Shown here piece by piece: positions 39,974 to 50,550 of a stretch of DNA of 64,000 bases; within the stretch, counting starts at the first letter, position 1; each line of letters opens with the position of its first letter. A program made the position numbers and the translations under genes. Origin of the DNA: a bacterium (GTDB lineage: Bacteria > Patescibacteriota > Minisyncoccia > Phycocordibacterales > UBA12079); assembly GCA_030641525.1 (NCBI GenBank), contig DAOWHH010000016.1, forward strand, positions 1,073-65,072, written 5' to 3'. The notes under the pieces are model-generated. The model was not told the DNA's origin. It saw only the letters and a list, made by a program, of their open reading frames with translations, and searched no databases.

Positions 39974-41068
39974 TTAAATTTTAAACTCAATCACATCTCC
40001 ATCTTTTACTATATATTCTTTTCCTTCCATACGAATAAACCCCTTTTCTCGTGCTTCAGATCTAGACCCTGATTTTAATAATTCTTCCCAATTAATTACA
40101 TCTGCTTTAATAAATTTCTCCATAAAATCTGTATGAATAGATGCCCCTGCTTCAGGAGTTGTAGAATCTCTTTTAGTTGTCCAAGCCCGAGATTCCTCCT
40201 CCCCTGTTGTGAAATAAGTAATCAAATTTAATAAATCATATCCCTTATGAATTAAATAATCTATATCATCACTAGAACCACCTAAGGATTGTTTATAATC
40301 CAATCGCTCATCTTCTGGTAAATCTTTTAATTCATGTTCAATTTGAGTATCTATCTTAACCCATTTAGAATTAGATTCCTCTAAAAACCTTTCAACCTTG
40401 ATCCATCTTTCATCATCTGTTTCGTCTAAATTTTCAGCTCCCATTTTTTTATTAAAAGCATACAAAATTGGCTTCATAGTTAATAAATGTAATCCTTTAA
40501 TTACTTCTAATTCTTTTTCTGATAAATCCAAAGAATTTGCAAATTTCCCTGCATCAAGAATTTTCTCAATTTTTTCTAAAACTTCTTTTTCTAAAACAGA
40601 ATCTTTATCTCCTCTTTTCACATCTTTAATTAAATTAGCAATTCTTTTAGAAACAGTCTGAAAATCAGCCATTATTAACTCAAGATTAATAACCTCAATA
40701 TCATTCATAGGGTCTACTTTTCCTTTTACATGAATCACATCATTATCCTCAAATATCCTAACTACCTGTAATATAGCATCTGTTTCTCTAATATTAGCTA
40801 AAAACTTATTACCCAAACCTTCACCAGAATGTGCCCCTTCCACCAACCCAGCAATATCCACAAATTCAATAGCAGTATAAATAGTTTTTTTAGAATTAGA
40901 AAATTTACTCAATTTATCCAAACGAGTATCACACACAGAAACAACCCCTACTGAGGGATCTATTGTACAAAAGGGATAATTCTCCGCAGAAACACTCTTC
41001 TCTGTTAGAGCATTAAAGAGAGTTGATTTCCCTACATTTGGTAATCCTACTATTCCAATTGAAAGCAT
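39974..41068 (-). CDS. ychF: Ribosome-binding ATPase YchF
   Basis: 364 aa. [16 protein letters not shown]1 motif and a C-terminal TGS domain. Confidence 0.9.
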   Translation of the reverse strand: MLSIGIVGLPNVGKSTLFNALTEKSVSAENYPFCTIDPSVGVVSVCDTRLDKLSKFSNSKKTIYTAIEFVDIAGLVEGAHSGEGLGNKFLANIRETDAILQVVRIFEDNDVIHVKGKVDPMNDIEVINLELIMADFQTVSKRIANLIKDVKRGDKDSVLEKEVLEKIEKILDAGKFANSLDLSEKELEVIKGLHLLTMKPILYAFNKKMGAENLDETDDERWIKVERFLEESNSKWVKIDTQIEHELKDLPEDERLDYKQSLGGSSDDIDYLIHKGYDLLNLITYFTTGEEESRAWTTKRDSTTPEAGASIHTDFMEKFIKADVINWEELLKSGSRSEAREKGFIRMEGKEYIVKDGDVIEFKI

Positions 41069-41139
41069 TTTTTGATTAAATTTAAATAATAAAAATCTAT
41101 TATGACATATTTTAAAGGTAATTTCTAGAAATTTAAATT

Positions 41140-41640
41140 TTAATCTTTCAATCTCAAAGCTTTTTCAATTATCTTTTCACCTATTCCACCCCAATCAAAA
41201 TATTTTTTATAATCTTTTGGATTAATACAAAGAATTTTATCAATAGACCCATCTGGATCAGATTCAAATTCTCCTATTTTTTCAACAACAGTAAAGTATC
41301 TTAATTGGTAAAATGGCTTTTGAATTCCTCTTGTATCGATAACTTTTTGGTAACCGAGAGGCTTAAACTCAACAACTTTCATATTAGATTCTTCCTGTAC
41401 CTCTCTAATTAAAGTCTCTTCAGGATGTTCACCTTTTTCAACAGAACCGCCAACCAACCCCCAAGTATCTTTTTTACCATTATGAACTATAACCATCTTT
41501 TCATTATAAAAAGCTGTTGAATAGCATTGTCTTAAACTTTCTTTTGGTAAATGATCAAAAGAATCACATTCATAATATTCAAAAATATATTTAACTCCAA
41601 CATTACCGATGTATTCTTCTGAAATAATTAGTTTTTTCAT
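41140..41640 (-). CDS. NUDIX hydrolase
   Basis: 166 aa with the Nudix box GGSVEKGEHPEETLIREVQEESNM. Confidence 0.8.
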   Translation of the reverse strand: MKKLIISEEYIGNVGVKYIFEYYECDSFDHLPKESLRQCYSTAFYNEKMVIVHNGKKDTWGLVGGSVEKGEHPEETLIREVQEESNMKVVEFKPLGYQKVIDTRGIQKPFYQLRYFTVVEKIGEFESDPDGSIDKILCINPKDYKKYFDWGGIGEKIIEKALRLKD

Positions 41641-41944
41641 TTTTTATTTTTTAGCAATTCCCAAACAATTTCTTTGGGGCGGGTAGTTTTATGGTGAATT
41701 CAAGGGGAATTTTTATATTACTTATATTATGTCGTTTAGTGTTCCTACCGTGCCAATTGAAAGCATTTTTTGATTAAATTTAAAAACTTAAAGATTAATA
41801 AAAACCCATTATCACATATTTTTAAGTTAATTTCTAGAGATTTTGCAAATAAAATCCTTTACTTAATACTTTAACTATTGTATTATATTCACAGTTGTAT
41901 TAAAGGAAAAAAACATAAACCTCAAAAAAAGGAGAGTAATTACA

Positions 41945-42433
41945 ATGAGACTTAAGGACTTAACTTCCAGAGACATCAAGAAAGTGTTTTGGGAATCTGC
42001 AAAAAGTGGTTATGGTAGCAATAAAGTTGAAAAAATAAGAATTGATGAATTGCCAGGATACAAATGTATCCTTTTCAAATCAGGAAAATTTTCTGTTTTA
42101 GATGCATATTGTGTCACCCCTCTCAGCAACAAATCCCTTGGAACAATAACTATCTGGCTTGATAATGTTCCTGTTTGGGTTATGCAATACGGAGGATTTT
42201 ACCCAAAAAAGGTAGTTCCGTTTTTGAAACTTGCTCTTCAATCAACCATACTGAATGAAAAATTCATCGGGGGTCGTGGACCATCTTTATTTAAACATAA
42301 GGATTACCCAAATTTAAGCTATGTGAACAACCCAGAGGTAAATGACTTTACTATTTTTTGGGGGAAAGAATGGATCACTGAAGATGCTCAACCTCTCGGC
42401 TATCATTATTATAATGGTATAATTCTTATATAA
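41945..42433 (+). CDS. Hypothetical protein
   Basis: 162-aa ORF with a plausible SD (AAAGGAGAG) upstream. Confidence 0.4.
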   Translation: MRLKDLTSRDIKKVFWESAKSGYGSNKVEKIRIDELPGYKCILFKSGKFSVLDAYCVTPLSNKSLGTITIWLDNVPVWVMQYGGFYPKKVVPFLKLALQSTILNEKFIGGRGPSLFKHKDYPNLSYVNNPEVNDFTIFWGKEWITEDAQPLGYHYYNGIILI

Positions 42434-42489
42434 TCCCGCTCAATAGGAAACCGTTCCTATCTGAGCGGTTTTCTTATTATTTAAGTATA

Positions 42490-42714
42490 TTACTTCAATA
42501 TATCTTTAAGTTCGTTTTGATAATTACTCATAACTTCCATAGTGGCTGACATTTGATCTTTTCCTTCTTTTATTTTAGCTTGTACTTCTAGACCAATTTT
42601 TTGAAATAATTCTGGATTACTCTCAACTACTTTTAAAATTTTTTCTTGTTCTGCTTCAGGTACATCTTTTAATTGTGACTTAAGCATCTTTTTCATTAAC
42701 ATATTTTTAAACAT
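42490..42714 (-). CDS. Hypothetical small protein
   Basis: 74-aa ORF. Confidence 0.3.
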   Translation of the reverse strand: MFKNMLMKKMLKSQLKDVPEAEQEKILKVVESNPELFQKIGLEVQAKIKEGKDQMSATMEVMSNYQNELKDILK

Positions 42715-43208
42715 AATAAGTTAGTCGAAAGTCAAAAGTCCATAAAGTCCAAAGTTGGGAAAAATCGCTTTACGATTTTTTCTACCACCTTCCACTTACC
42801 ACTTTCTACCTTCTATTCATTAATTAATCTTATAAAATTATTATCGACCATACGATAGCCACAGGCTATCGTATAGATATAGTTGTAATAATATTATCAC
42901 TTTAGAATGAAAATATAAATACTCAATACTTAGTTCTACTTAGTCCTCCAAGGTCTAAGTATTTTGGCAATGAAAAACACCACCCGAAGGCGATGTTTTT
43001 CATTGTACTCAGATTGTAGCAAGCTACGATCCGAGTACAATTTATATATTATCAAAACTGATTTTAAAGTCAATTAAAATTGTGGATAAACTATATAAAT
43101 AATTAATTGTCAAATAATTAAAAAATTAATGAAATCAGCTATCCTATAGCCAGTGGCTATAGGATAGCTGATTTTCTTAATTTTTATATGATATAATATT
43201 CTTAATGA

Positions 43209-43327
43209 ATCCCGTTAGAGGCCACGGTCACATATGGGAGATAAAATATTAAATTAGAAATGTCGAACTTCTTATTAAAAAATTAATTAAGCAAGTCGTA
43301 ATGATCGCGACCTGCCTCTAACGGGAT
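43209..43327 (+). promoter_or_regulatory. Structured 5' leader of the PfkB kinase gene
   Basis: A perfect 14-bp long-range helix, ATCCCGTTAGAGGC (43209-43222) paired with GCCTCTAACGGGAT (43314-43327). It encloses about 90 nt and overlaps the GGGA SD-like site and the AT of the start codon. Confidence 0.45.
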
Positions 43328-44351
43328 GAATAATGAATTTGATTTTATTGCTATTGGAGATATAGTTATTGATGCTTTTATAAAAATAAACAATGCTAAG
43401 GTAAGGAACGAAAAAGGAAGTCCTGAACTTTGTATTTCTTTTGCCAACAAAGTCCCTTACGAATGGCTAGAGGTTGTTTCAGCTGTAGGTAATAGTCCAA
43501 ACGCTAGTGTATCGGCTAGTCGTTTAGGATTAAAATCCGCTTTGGTGACAAATATAGGAGATGACGACCATGGTCGTAATTGCCAAAGAGTTTTAGAAAA
43601 AGAAAATGTAGCTACTAATTTTGTTAAAATCCACCCTAATGATAATACAAATTATCATTTCGTATTATTATATGAAGCTGATAGAACTATTTTAGTAAAA
43701 CATACTGAATTTGATTATAAATTACCTAATATAGGTACACCTAAATGGATCTATTTCAGTTCTGTAGCTAAAAACTCTCTTTCTTATCATAAAGAAATTG
43801 CAAAATATTTAAAAAACAATCCTGAAGTAAAATTAGCTTTTCAGCCAGGAACTTTTCAAATGGAATTAGGATATGAAAAATTAAAAGAAATTTATGAACA
43901 AAGTGAAGTTTTTTTCTGTAATGTTCAAGAAGCCAAAAGAATCTTAAACCCTATCAAACCAGAAATATTAAATAAAATAATTGGAAAAAACAAAAAAGAG
44001 ACTGTAATTGAATTATTAAAAGAAATGAGAAATTTGGGACCAAAAATTGTTGCTATAACTGATGGACCAGAGGGGGCTTATACCTATGATGGTAAAAAAA
44101 TACTTTATACTCCAATGTATCCTGATATACAAAAACCATTAGATAGAACAGGAGCAGGAGATGCTTTTGCTTCAGCTTTTACAAGCGCTTTAGCTATTGG
44201 AAAAAATATAGAAGAAGCCCTTCAATGGGGACCTATAAATTCTATGAGTGTGGTCCAATTTGTAGGAGCTCAAAAAGGTCTTTTAACTCAAGCAAAATTA
44301 AAAGAATATTTAGAAAAAGCTCCTGAGCATTATAAAGTTACTGAACTTTAA
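43326..44351 (+). CDS. PfkB-family carbohydrate/nucleoside kinase (ribokinase-like)
   Basis: 341 aa with the TGAGDAFASAF anion-hole motif. Confidence 0.75.
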   Translation: MNNEFDFIAIGDIVIDAFIKINNAKVRNEKGSPELCISFANKVPYEWLEVVSAVGNSPNASVSASRLGLKSALVTNIGDDDHGRNCQRVLEKENVATNFVKIHPNDNTNYHFVLLYEADRTILVKHTEFDYKLPNIGTPKWIYFSSVAKNSLSYHKEIAKYLKNNPEVKLAFQPGTFQMELGYEKLKEIYEQSEVFFCNVQEAKRILNPIKPEILNKIIGKNKKETVIELLKEMRNLGPKIVAITDGPEGAYTYDGKKILYTPMYPDIQKPLDRTGAGDAFASAFTSALAIGKNIEEALQWGPINSMSVVQFVGAQKGLLTQAKLKEYLEKAPEHYKVTEL

Positions 44352-44400
44352 TAAAAAAAATCCCAGTAATAAAACTGGGAGAGTAAATTATTTGATGATT

Positions 44401-44679
44401 TTACTTTTTTTCATCAAGTTTTTTATAAAAAATCATAACAAATTGAGCTATTAGCTTGTCAATTGATTTTCCACAACACTCTATAACGATTTTTATTCCC
44501 ATCACCTCAACCACATGACAAGGATTCGGAACTTTACTAGAATGATTAGGAAAATTCTCTGTAGTATGTACCAAACCACAATACTCACAAATTACAGGAA
44601 ATGGAGTTTCTATTCCCCCTAATTCCTCTACACTAAAAATCTTTGATGCTCCAACTGATATTATAGATTTTTTCAGCAT
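44401..44679 (-). CDS. Hypothetical Cys-rich small protein
   Basis: 92 aa with CEYCG ... CHVVE ... CCGK. Confidence 0.3.
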   Translation of the reverse strand: MLKKSIISVGASKIFSVEELGGIETPFPVICEYCGLVHTTENFPNHSSKVPNPCHVVEVMGIKIVIECCGKSIDKLIAQFVMIFYKKLDEKK

Positions 44680-44742
44680 TTCTATCTCCTAAAAGGTTAA
44701 CTTCTAAACTTGATAGTACCAAAACAAACATTAAAAAACAAT

Positions 44743-45717
44743 TTAATTTTTAATCTCTGTATTCAATTCATAAACAACATTTTTAATTGCCTTTGCATCA
44801 AGTTTATAATATTTCAACAATTCTTCTGGGGTTCCTGATTGTCCATATTGATCCCTTACCGCTATAAATTTAATTTTAGTGGGATAATTTTCAGATAAAA
44901 ATTCAGCAATAGCTGACCCCATTCCTCCCGCTAATTGATGGTCCTCAACTGTTATGATCCCCTTAGATTCTTTTGCTAAAGAAAGAATCATTTTTTCGTC
45001 AAGAGGTTTTATTCTAGATAAATTAATTACTTTTGTATTTATTCCTTCCTTTCTTAATTCCTGTGAAGCTGTAATCGCTTGATGAACTAAATGACCTGTG
45101 GCAATAATCACAATATCCCCTTCTTTTGATAATTCTTCTTTATCTAATTCAGGAACAGATATTCTAGCAAGACGGATATATACAGGTCCTTTTATTTTCA
45201 CAGCTTCAAGTGTCATTTGCTTAGCTTCTTCATAATCGGCAGGGGAAAAAACAGTCATTCTCGGTAATACACGAGCAAGAGCTATATCCTCAAGAGCTTG
45301 ATGACTTCCCCCGTCAGCTCCTGTGACGACTCCTCCATGGGAACCAATGATTTTAACATTAGCATCATTATAAGTAATAGTTGTCCGAATTTGCTCCCAA
45401 TTCCTACCTGGACTAAAAACAGCATAAGAGGTTGCAAAAGGTATTTTACCCATAGCCGCCATACCTGAAGCTACACTAGCTAAATTTTGCTCAGCCACTC
45501 CCACTTCAATAAATCTTTCAGGAAATTTCTCTGCAAACATATCAGATTTAGTTGAATCTCTTAAATCGGCAGATAAAACAACCACATTTTCATTTTCTAT
45601 CCCTGCTTGAACAAGACCTTCTCCAAAACCTTCCCTAATTGATTTTAAATTTTTAGTTGACATAATATTTTGACTTGTTATAATTGAACTAATCACGCCC
45701 CCCCTATGTGTTCGCAT
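44743..45717 (-). CDS. Transketolase, C-terminal (pyrimidine-binding) subunit; no adjacent N-terminal subunit
   Basis: Conserved FIEVGVAEQNLASVASGMA and C-terminal domain. The real start is likely the internal MSTKNLKS. The track's N-terminal extension reads through a GC hairpin repeat. Confidence 0.75.
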   Translation of the reverse strand: MRTHRGGVISSIITSQNIMSTKNLKSIREGFGEGLVQAGIENENVVVLSADLRDSTKSDMFAEKFPERFIEVGVAEQNLASVASGMAAMGKIPFATSYAVFSPGRNWEQIRTTITYNDANVKIIGSHGGVVTGADGGSHQALEDIALARVLPRMTVFSPADYEEAKQMTLEAVKIKGPVYIRLARISVPELDKEELSKEGDIVIIATGHLVHQAITASQELRKEGINTKVINLSRIKPLDEKMILSLAKESKGIITVEDHQLAGGMGSAIAEFLSENYPTKIKFIAVRDQYGQSGTPEELLKYYKLDAKAIKNVVYELNTEIKN

Positions 45718-45846
45718 ATAGGGGGGGGCATTTTTATATAAAAAGTTTTAAATTTAATCTTTTCATCAATTGATATAAAATTTTAATTTGTTACAATTAA
45801 TCTAATCACGCCTCCTCTGTATTATTATACAGAGGATGGATTATTT

Positions 45847-46371
45847 TTACAGACCCATTAACTTACTTAAACTAAGTTTATACAAACCTTTCTTCATACA
45901 ATAAACTTCTTTACCTAAATGACCGTGTTCGAAAACAACAATAACTTGTTTTCTTTTTTTAATTAAATACTCATATATCGGAGCAAAGTCTCCGTCTCCA
46001 CTCATAAATATATATGAGTCATAATTTTTGTCTAAACAACCATAAACTGACATACAAATTTCAATATCAAAATCACATTTTCTTTGTTCTATATCTGTAT
46101 TTTCTATTTTAATATACTTAACTGGTTTTGTAGATAGTTTATAACCTATTTTTTCAATTGTCTTTAAGAATTTTTTAGATTTTGGATGTTCATCTAATCC
46201 GTAATAGAAATTGATTTCTTTTATATTTTTATAATTTTTAAGATATTTAAAAATAATTTTTGGGTTAGGTTCTTTTTTGATAGATTTTTTCCAATTGTAA
46301 ACATTTGCCCAATCTACAAAAACTGCTGTATCACCATTCAATTTTAAAATTTGTTTTTTAAAATTAAACAC
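45847..46371 (-). CDS. NYN-domain (LabA-like, PIN-fold) protein
   Basis: 174 aa with AVFVDWANVY ... FMSGDGDFAPIYEYL. Confidence 0.5.
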   Translation of the reverse strand: MFNFKKQILKLNGDTAVFVDWANVYNWKKSIKKEPNPKIIFKYLKNYKNIKEINFYYGLDEHPKSKKFLKTIEKIGYKLSTKPVKYIKIENTDIEQRKCDFDIEICMSVYGCLDKNYDSYIFMSGDGDFAPIYEYLIKKRKQVIVVFEHGHLGKEVYCMKKGLYKLSLSKLMGL

Positions 46372-46407
46372 TACTTAAATTTTAACATATTTTCTTACAA
46401 CTTATTT

Positions 46408-47214
46408 TTATATTTCAATTGATATTGGACAATGATCTGAACCAAAAATATCATCATGAATTTCGGCTTTTTTAATTTTTTTCATTAATTTTTTAGAGAC
46501 TACAAAATAATCCAATCTCCATCCTATATTTCTTTCCCTCACCACCCCTCTATATGACCACCAAGAATAACGAATTGTTTCAGGGTAAAGTTCTCTAAAA
46601 GTATCAATCATATTATCTTCCAAAAAATTAGAAATCCATTTTCTCTCCTCAAAAGTAAATCCAGCATTTCCAATATTATCTTTTGGTCGAGCTAAATCAA
46701 TTTCATTATGAGCTACATTGAAATCCCCTGTTATAATTACAGACTTTTTCTTTTCCAATTTCTTGGTTAATTTATGTATTTTTTGATTATATTCAATTTT
46801 ATAATTTAAACGAGAAAGTTCATGATTTGAATTAGGAAAATAATTATTAATTAAATAAAAATCTTTAAATTCTAAGATTTGAGTTCTTCCTTCCTTATCA
46901 AATTTTTCATCTCCAAGACCATTTTTATGAATTAAAACTTTTTTTTCTAATTCTTTTTTTACTAAAATTAAAGTTCCACTATAACCAGGTCTTTGAGCTG
47001 AATTCCAATATTCTATATAGCCAAATTCTGAAAAAATATTTTCTCCAGACAAAGTTAAAGGAAATTCTTTATTTCGAGCTTCTTTAGAAATTTTAACCTC
47101 TTGCAGGCATAAAATATCAGGAAATTCTTTCTTTAAAAAATTTTTAACTTCTGGTTTTTTCAACCAAGCTCTTATTCCATTTATATTCCATGAGTAGATT
47201 TTCATTATGAACAC
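46408..47214 (-). CDS. xth: Exodeoxyribonuclease III (AP endonuclease)
   Basis: MKIYSWNINGIRA N-terminus and EEP-fold motifs. Probable start at the second Met (47205). Confidence 0.85.
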   Translation of the reverse strand: MFIMKIYSWNINGIRAWLKKPEVKNFLKKEFPDILCLQEVKISKEARNKEFPLTLSGENIFSEFGYIEYWNSAQRPGYSGTLILVKKELEKKVLIHKNGLGDEKFDKEGRTQILEFKDFYLINNYFPNSNHELSRLNYKIEYNQKIHKLTKKLEKKKSVIITGDFNVAHNEIDLARPKDNIGNAGFTFEERKWISNFLEDNMIDTFRELYPETIRYSWWSYRGVVRERNIGWRLDYFVVSKKLMKKIKKAEIHDDIFGSDHCPISIEI

Positions 47215-47251
47215 ATTGTATCATAACTGGATTTAGATTTATTCTAATTTA

Positions 47252-47509
47252 TTATTTAGATTTAATTCTTTTAATTAATTTTATGATTTGATAAATAATA
47301 ATTCCTAAAATTCCGCCAAAAATTGCACCCATAATTGAAAATAGGATTAATATAAAGGGTAAAACAGCAATGATACTTAAACCAACCTCATCAGAGTTCA
47401 TAGGAAGCCAAATTGCAAGAATATAAATAACCGAAATTATAATTCCTATAATAGAACCCATTAGTCCTATTAATAAGTTTTTTCCAATTTTTTTGAGGAT
47501 TTTTTTCAT
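47252..47509 (-). CDS. Small membrane protein
   Basis: 85 aa with two TM helices. Confidence 0.35.
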   Translation of the reverse strand: MKKILKKIGKNLLIGLMGSIIGIIISVIYILAIWLPMNSDEVGLSIIAVLPFILILFSIMGAIFGGILGIIIYQIIKLIKRIKSK

Positions 47510-47536
47510 TGTAGTTATAAAGAGAACAGGATATTA

Positions 47537-48295
47537 TTATGGACAGTTTGTGGCTTTACGAAAACCAGCAGATTGAGCTTCTTGTTCGGTGCAGAAATAA
47601 GACTCTCCTTTTCTAGTGTCTATAATGGTTCTTTTGTAATTATCACAACCTGGTAATAAATAGATTTTTCCGTATCCGGCATCGGAGATATTACCTTTAA
47701 TAATGCATTCTGGATCTATTGGTTCGGTGCTTTGTTCTCTCAGGGCTGCGGCTCCTTCACTCACTTGTTCTTGATAATCGCAGTCTTTCCATAATCCTAG
47801 ATTGTCTTCTTGGGCTTGTCTTTGAGCGGTAATGAATAAGTCTCGATATCTATTATCTGGCGGGCTAGATTGGTAAAAGGCAAAGCCATTTCGTATCATA
47901 TAATAATTGACTGGGATATTGTCTTGTTCTGGGTCTTCATAGATGACTATGACATAACGAAGCAATCGTTTATATTTATCTAAACCAGAAATATCTTTTT
48001 CAATATTGATGTTTTTGTCTTTGGTAATTTCAGTTAGAGCTTCTTTTGATTCTTCATAATAGCAGGCTCCTTTTTCGGGGGCATTAATTCCTATGAGTCT
48101 GATTTTTCGTGTTTTTAAAATTCCGGTTTTGATTTTTAAGGTATCACCATCAATGATTTTGGTAATTTTGTGTTCTTGAGTTTCAAAATTAGGCTGTTGT
48201 ATATCAGTGGTTTTAACAATAGTATAGCCAGTTAAACCGCTGGCGGCTAGAAGGGTTGTTATGGCTGAGAGAATAGCTTTTTTCTTTTTTGACAT
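47537..48295 (-). CDS. Secreted thermonuclease (SNase-like)
   Basis: Signal peptide MSKKKKAILSAITTLLAASG and the SNase motif LIGINAPEKG. GC-richer than the core. Confidence 0.7.
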   Translation of the reverse strand: MSKKKKAILSAITTLLAASGLTGYTIVKTTDIQQPNFETQEHKITKIIDGDTLKIKTGILKTRKIRLIGINAPEKGACYYEESKEALTEITKDKNINIEKDISGLDKYKRLLRYVIVIYEDPEQDNIPVNYYMIRNGFAFYQSSPPDNRYRDLFITAQRQAQEDNLGLWKDCDYQEQVSEGAAALREQSTEPIDPECIIKGNISDAGYGKIYLLPGCDNYKRTIIDTRKGESYFCTEQEAQSAGFRKATNCP

Positions 48296-48347
48296 TGGGG
48301 TTATTGTAGCATGAATTGGGTGTTATGTATGAAAAAGTAAATTAAGA

Positions 48348-48953
48348 TTAAAGATTACTTGAAGTGGAACCAGAAATAAACATATTTAATCCAGTAATAG
48401 CTCCTCCCAAAGCATTTTCCAAATCTTGTACAGAAGATAGATTATTGATATTATTTTCTACATTTCTAGTTTTAGTCGGATTGATATTATTAACTATATC
48501 TTCAAACCATTTATCTAAACCTTGCAAAATTTCATCTGTCATATTACGAACATCAAGTATTAAAACATCATTAAATAGACAACGATGAATTATATTCCCA
48601 TTCAGATCAGGAGAACTAACAAATTTGTAACTCACATATCTTCTACTACTTAAAGTAATTCCTTGATGTAAAATTTTACATCTTATTTCATACCACTCAT
48701 CATCTAATAAAAACGGGCTTGCAACATAATCAGATGCCCACTTTTTATAACGACTTGAATTAGCTAATCCATTTGTTGATTCTAATGCCCCACAGATATC
48801 TGGAAAAATAATAATATAATGTAGTAATGCCCAATAAGCACCAGCTCCTCGCATTAAGGAAATCTGGTCAGTATATACAGAAAATTTTTCTTCAAGTTCT
48901 TCTTTATTCATGGTCTTATTTTTGCTTAATTTTATTAATATATTTTTTATCAA
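48348..48953 (-). CDS. Hypothetical protein, translationally coupled to the upstream helicase (38-bp overlap)
   Basis: 201-aa ORF with no motif. It is the last gene of the AbiH-like/helicase operon. Confidence 0.4.
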   Translation of the reverse strand: MIKNILIKLSKNKTMNKEELEEKFSVYTDQISLMRGAGAYWALLHYIIIFPDICGALESTNGLANSSRYKKWASDYVASPFLLDDEWYEIRCKILHQGITLSSRRYVSYKFVSSPDLNGNIIHRCLFNDVLILDVRNMTDEILQGLDKWFEDIVNNINPTKTRNVENNINNLSSVQDLENALGGAITGLNMFISGSTSSNL

Positions 48954-50544
48954 TAAATTCTAAAATCTTGGGATTTTCATCTTCTAAAGAAATCAATGTT
49001 AGTTTTTCTTTTGCTCTAGTTATACCAACCAAAAATTCGCATATCTTTTGATCAGTAAAATCTGATGTTTCTCGATCTAATATAATTTTATCATTTATAC
49101 CTACATAATAAACAAAATCCATTGAAAGCCCTTTCGAACTCATAACTGTTGTTATCTCTATTTCTGTTGCATCTTTTTTAATTGAGTCAAAACCATTTAT
49201 CATTTTTGAAAGTATATTTTTTAAATTAAAAATCTCACTAAATCTTTTTAACTCTTTGTTATTTAATTTATCTCTACCACTTTTAACTTTTTTAAAAATT
49301 TTAATATCTTCTTCTATATTTTCTTTTATATCTTTTTCTAGACAACTCCAAATTCCTTTTTTTTCTTGATTACTTTGAATTATTATATTTTTCACTTTAT
49401 CCTCAGAAGAAAAATATAGAAACAGAACCTTTCTTAATGATAAATTATCAGTTTTTCTCTCAAAAAGTATCTCAAAAATTTCTACTAAATTTTTGTGCTT
49501 TATTTTATTACATTTTTCTTCTGAAAATAATTCAAAATTAATAACATTAAATCCTTTTTTTATTAAACCTTCATATATTGTTTGTTTTAAATAACTAGGT
49601 ACCAAAACCAAAATCTTTTTTTTAACTCCTTTTTCAATATCTTTTTTTATAGCTTCTGATAATTGATAAATCAACAAGTGGCCTCCACAAGGTACAGAAG
49701 GTATAAAATCAATTTTAGGGTATTTTTCACTAATTTTGTTCTTTTCTTTTATACTATTTGGATATAAAAACTTTTTGTCTAATCGATCTTCTAAATAACC
49801 AGCACCCTTTGAGTTTCTAATTAAATCATTTGTAGTATTAACAATAACTTCCGTGCATCTAAAACAATAATCAAGAGAAAATTCTTCTGTACTAACGTCA
49901 CTATACAAATTTCTTATTTGTTCTGGTTTCGCATTTTTCCAATCATATAGAGATTGATCATCGTCACCAACTAAAACAACTTTATTTTTTTTATTGAGTA
50001 ACTTAATTAATTCATATTCAGATTTATTAAAATCTTGAAATTCGTCTATTAAAATTAAATCGTATTTCGGAATACAAGATTCTTGTTCTGAAAAAATTAA
50101 ATTGATAAGATAAATAATGGAATTAAATGAGTATAATCTTTCTCCATATTTATAAAAAAGAATTCGTTCTTTATAAAAATTTAACTCGTCCTCAGTCAAG
50201 TTATTTTCATGAAATCTTTCTTCATAATTAATATTATCTTTTTTTATAAAAAAATAATCTTCACTTATAACACAATCTAAATTTGAATCAAAATCTACAT
50301 CCCCTATCTTTTTTTTAGCAAAAGCATGTAAAGTCGAAACTTCTACATTTTTAAAATCTTTAAATTCTTGAGATAAATCATCTATCAATTTATTTATAAA
50401 AGAAAGAATTAGTATTTTTTTACCTTTATATTCATCTGATTCTATAATAGTTTTAAAGGTATAACTTTTACCTGTTCCTGGACCAGCTAATCCAACAAAT
50501 AAATTCTTTTCAGATTTTCTTATTTTTTCTAAAATATCAGTCAT
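48916..50544 (-). CDS. Compact UvrD/Rep-type SF1 helicase-like ATPase
   Basis: 542 aa. Walker A LAGPGTGKSYT, motif II ILIDEFQDFN, motif V SSKGLSMDFV, motif VI VGITRAKEKL. Confidence 0.7.
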   Translation of the reverse strand: MTDILEKIRKSEKNLFVGLAGPGTGKSYTFKTIIESDEYKGKKILILSFINKLIDDLSQEFKDFKNVEVSTLHAFAKKKIGDVDFDSNLDCVISEDYFFIKKDNINYEERFHENNLTEDELNFYKERILFYKYGERLYSFNSIIYLINLIFSEQESCIPKYDLILIDEFQDFNKSEYELIKLLNKKNKVVLVGDDDQSLYDWKNAKPEQIRNLYSDVSTEEFSLDYCFRCTEVIVNTTNDLIRNSKGAGYLEDRLDKKFLYPNSIKEKNKISEKYPKIDFIPSVPCGGHLLIYQLSEAIKKDIEKGVKKKILVLVPSYLKQTIYEGLIKKGFNVINFELFSEEKCNKIKHKNLVEIFEILFERKTDNLSLRKVLFLYFSSEDKVKNIIIQSNQEKKGIWSCLEKDIKENIEEDIKIFKKVKSGRDKLNNKELKRFSEIFNLKNILSKMINGFDSIKKDATEIEITTVMSSKGLSMDFVYYVGINDKIILDRETSDFTDQKICEFLVGITRAKEKLTLISLEDENPKILEFIDKKYINKIKQK

Positions 50545-50550
50545 TTTATT

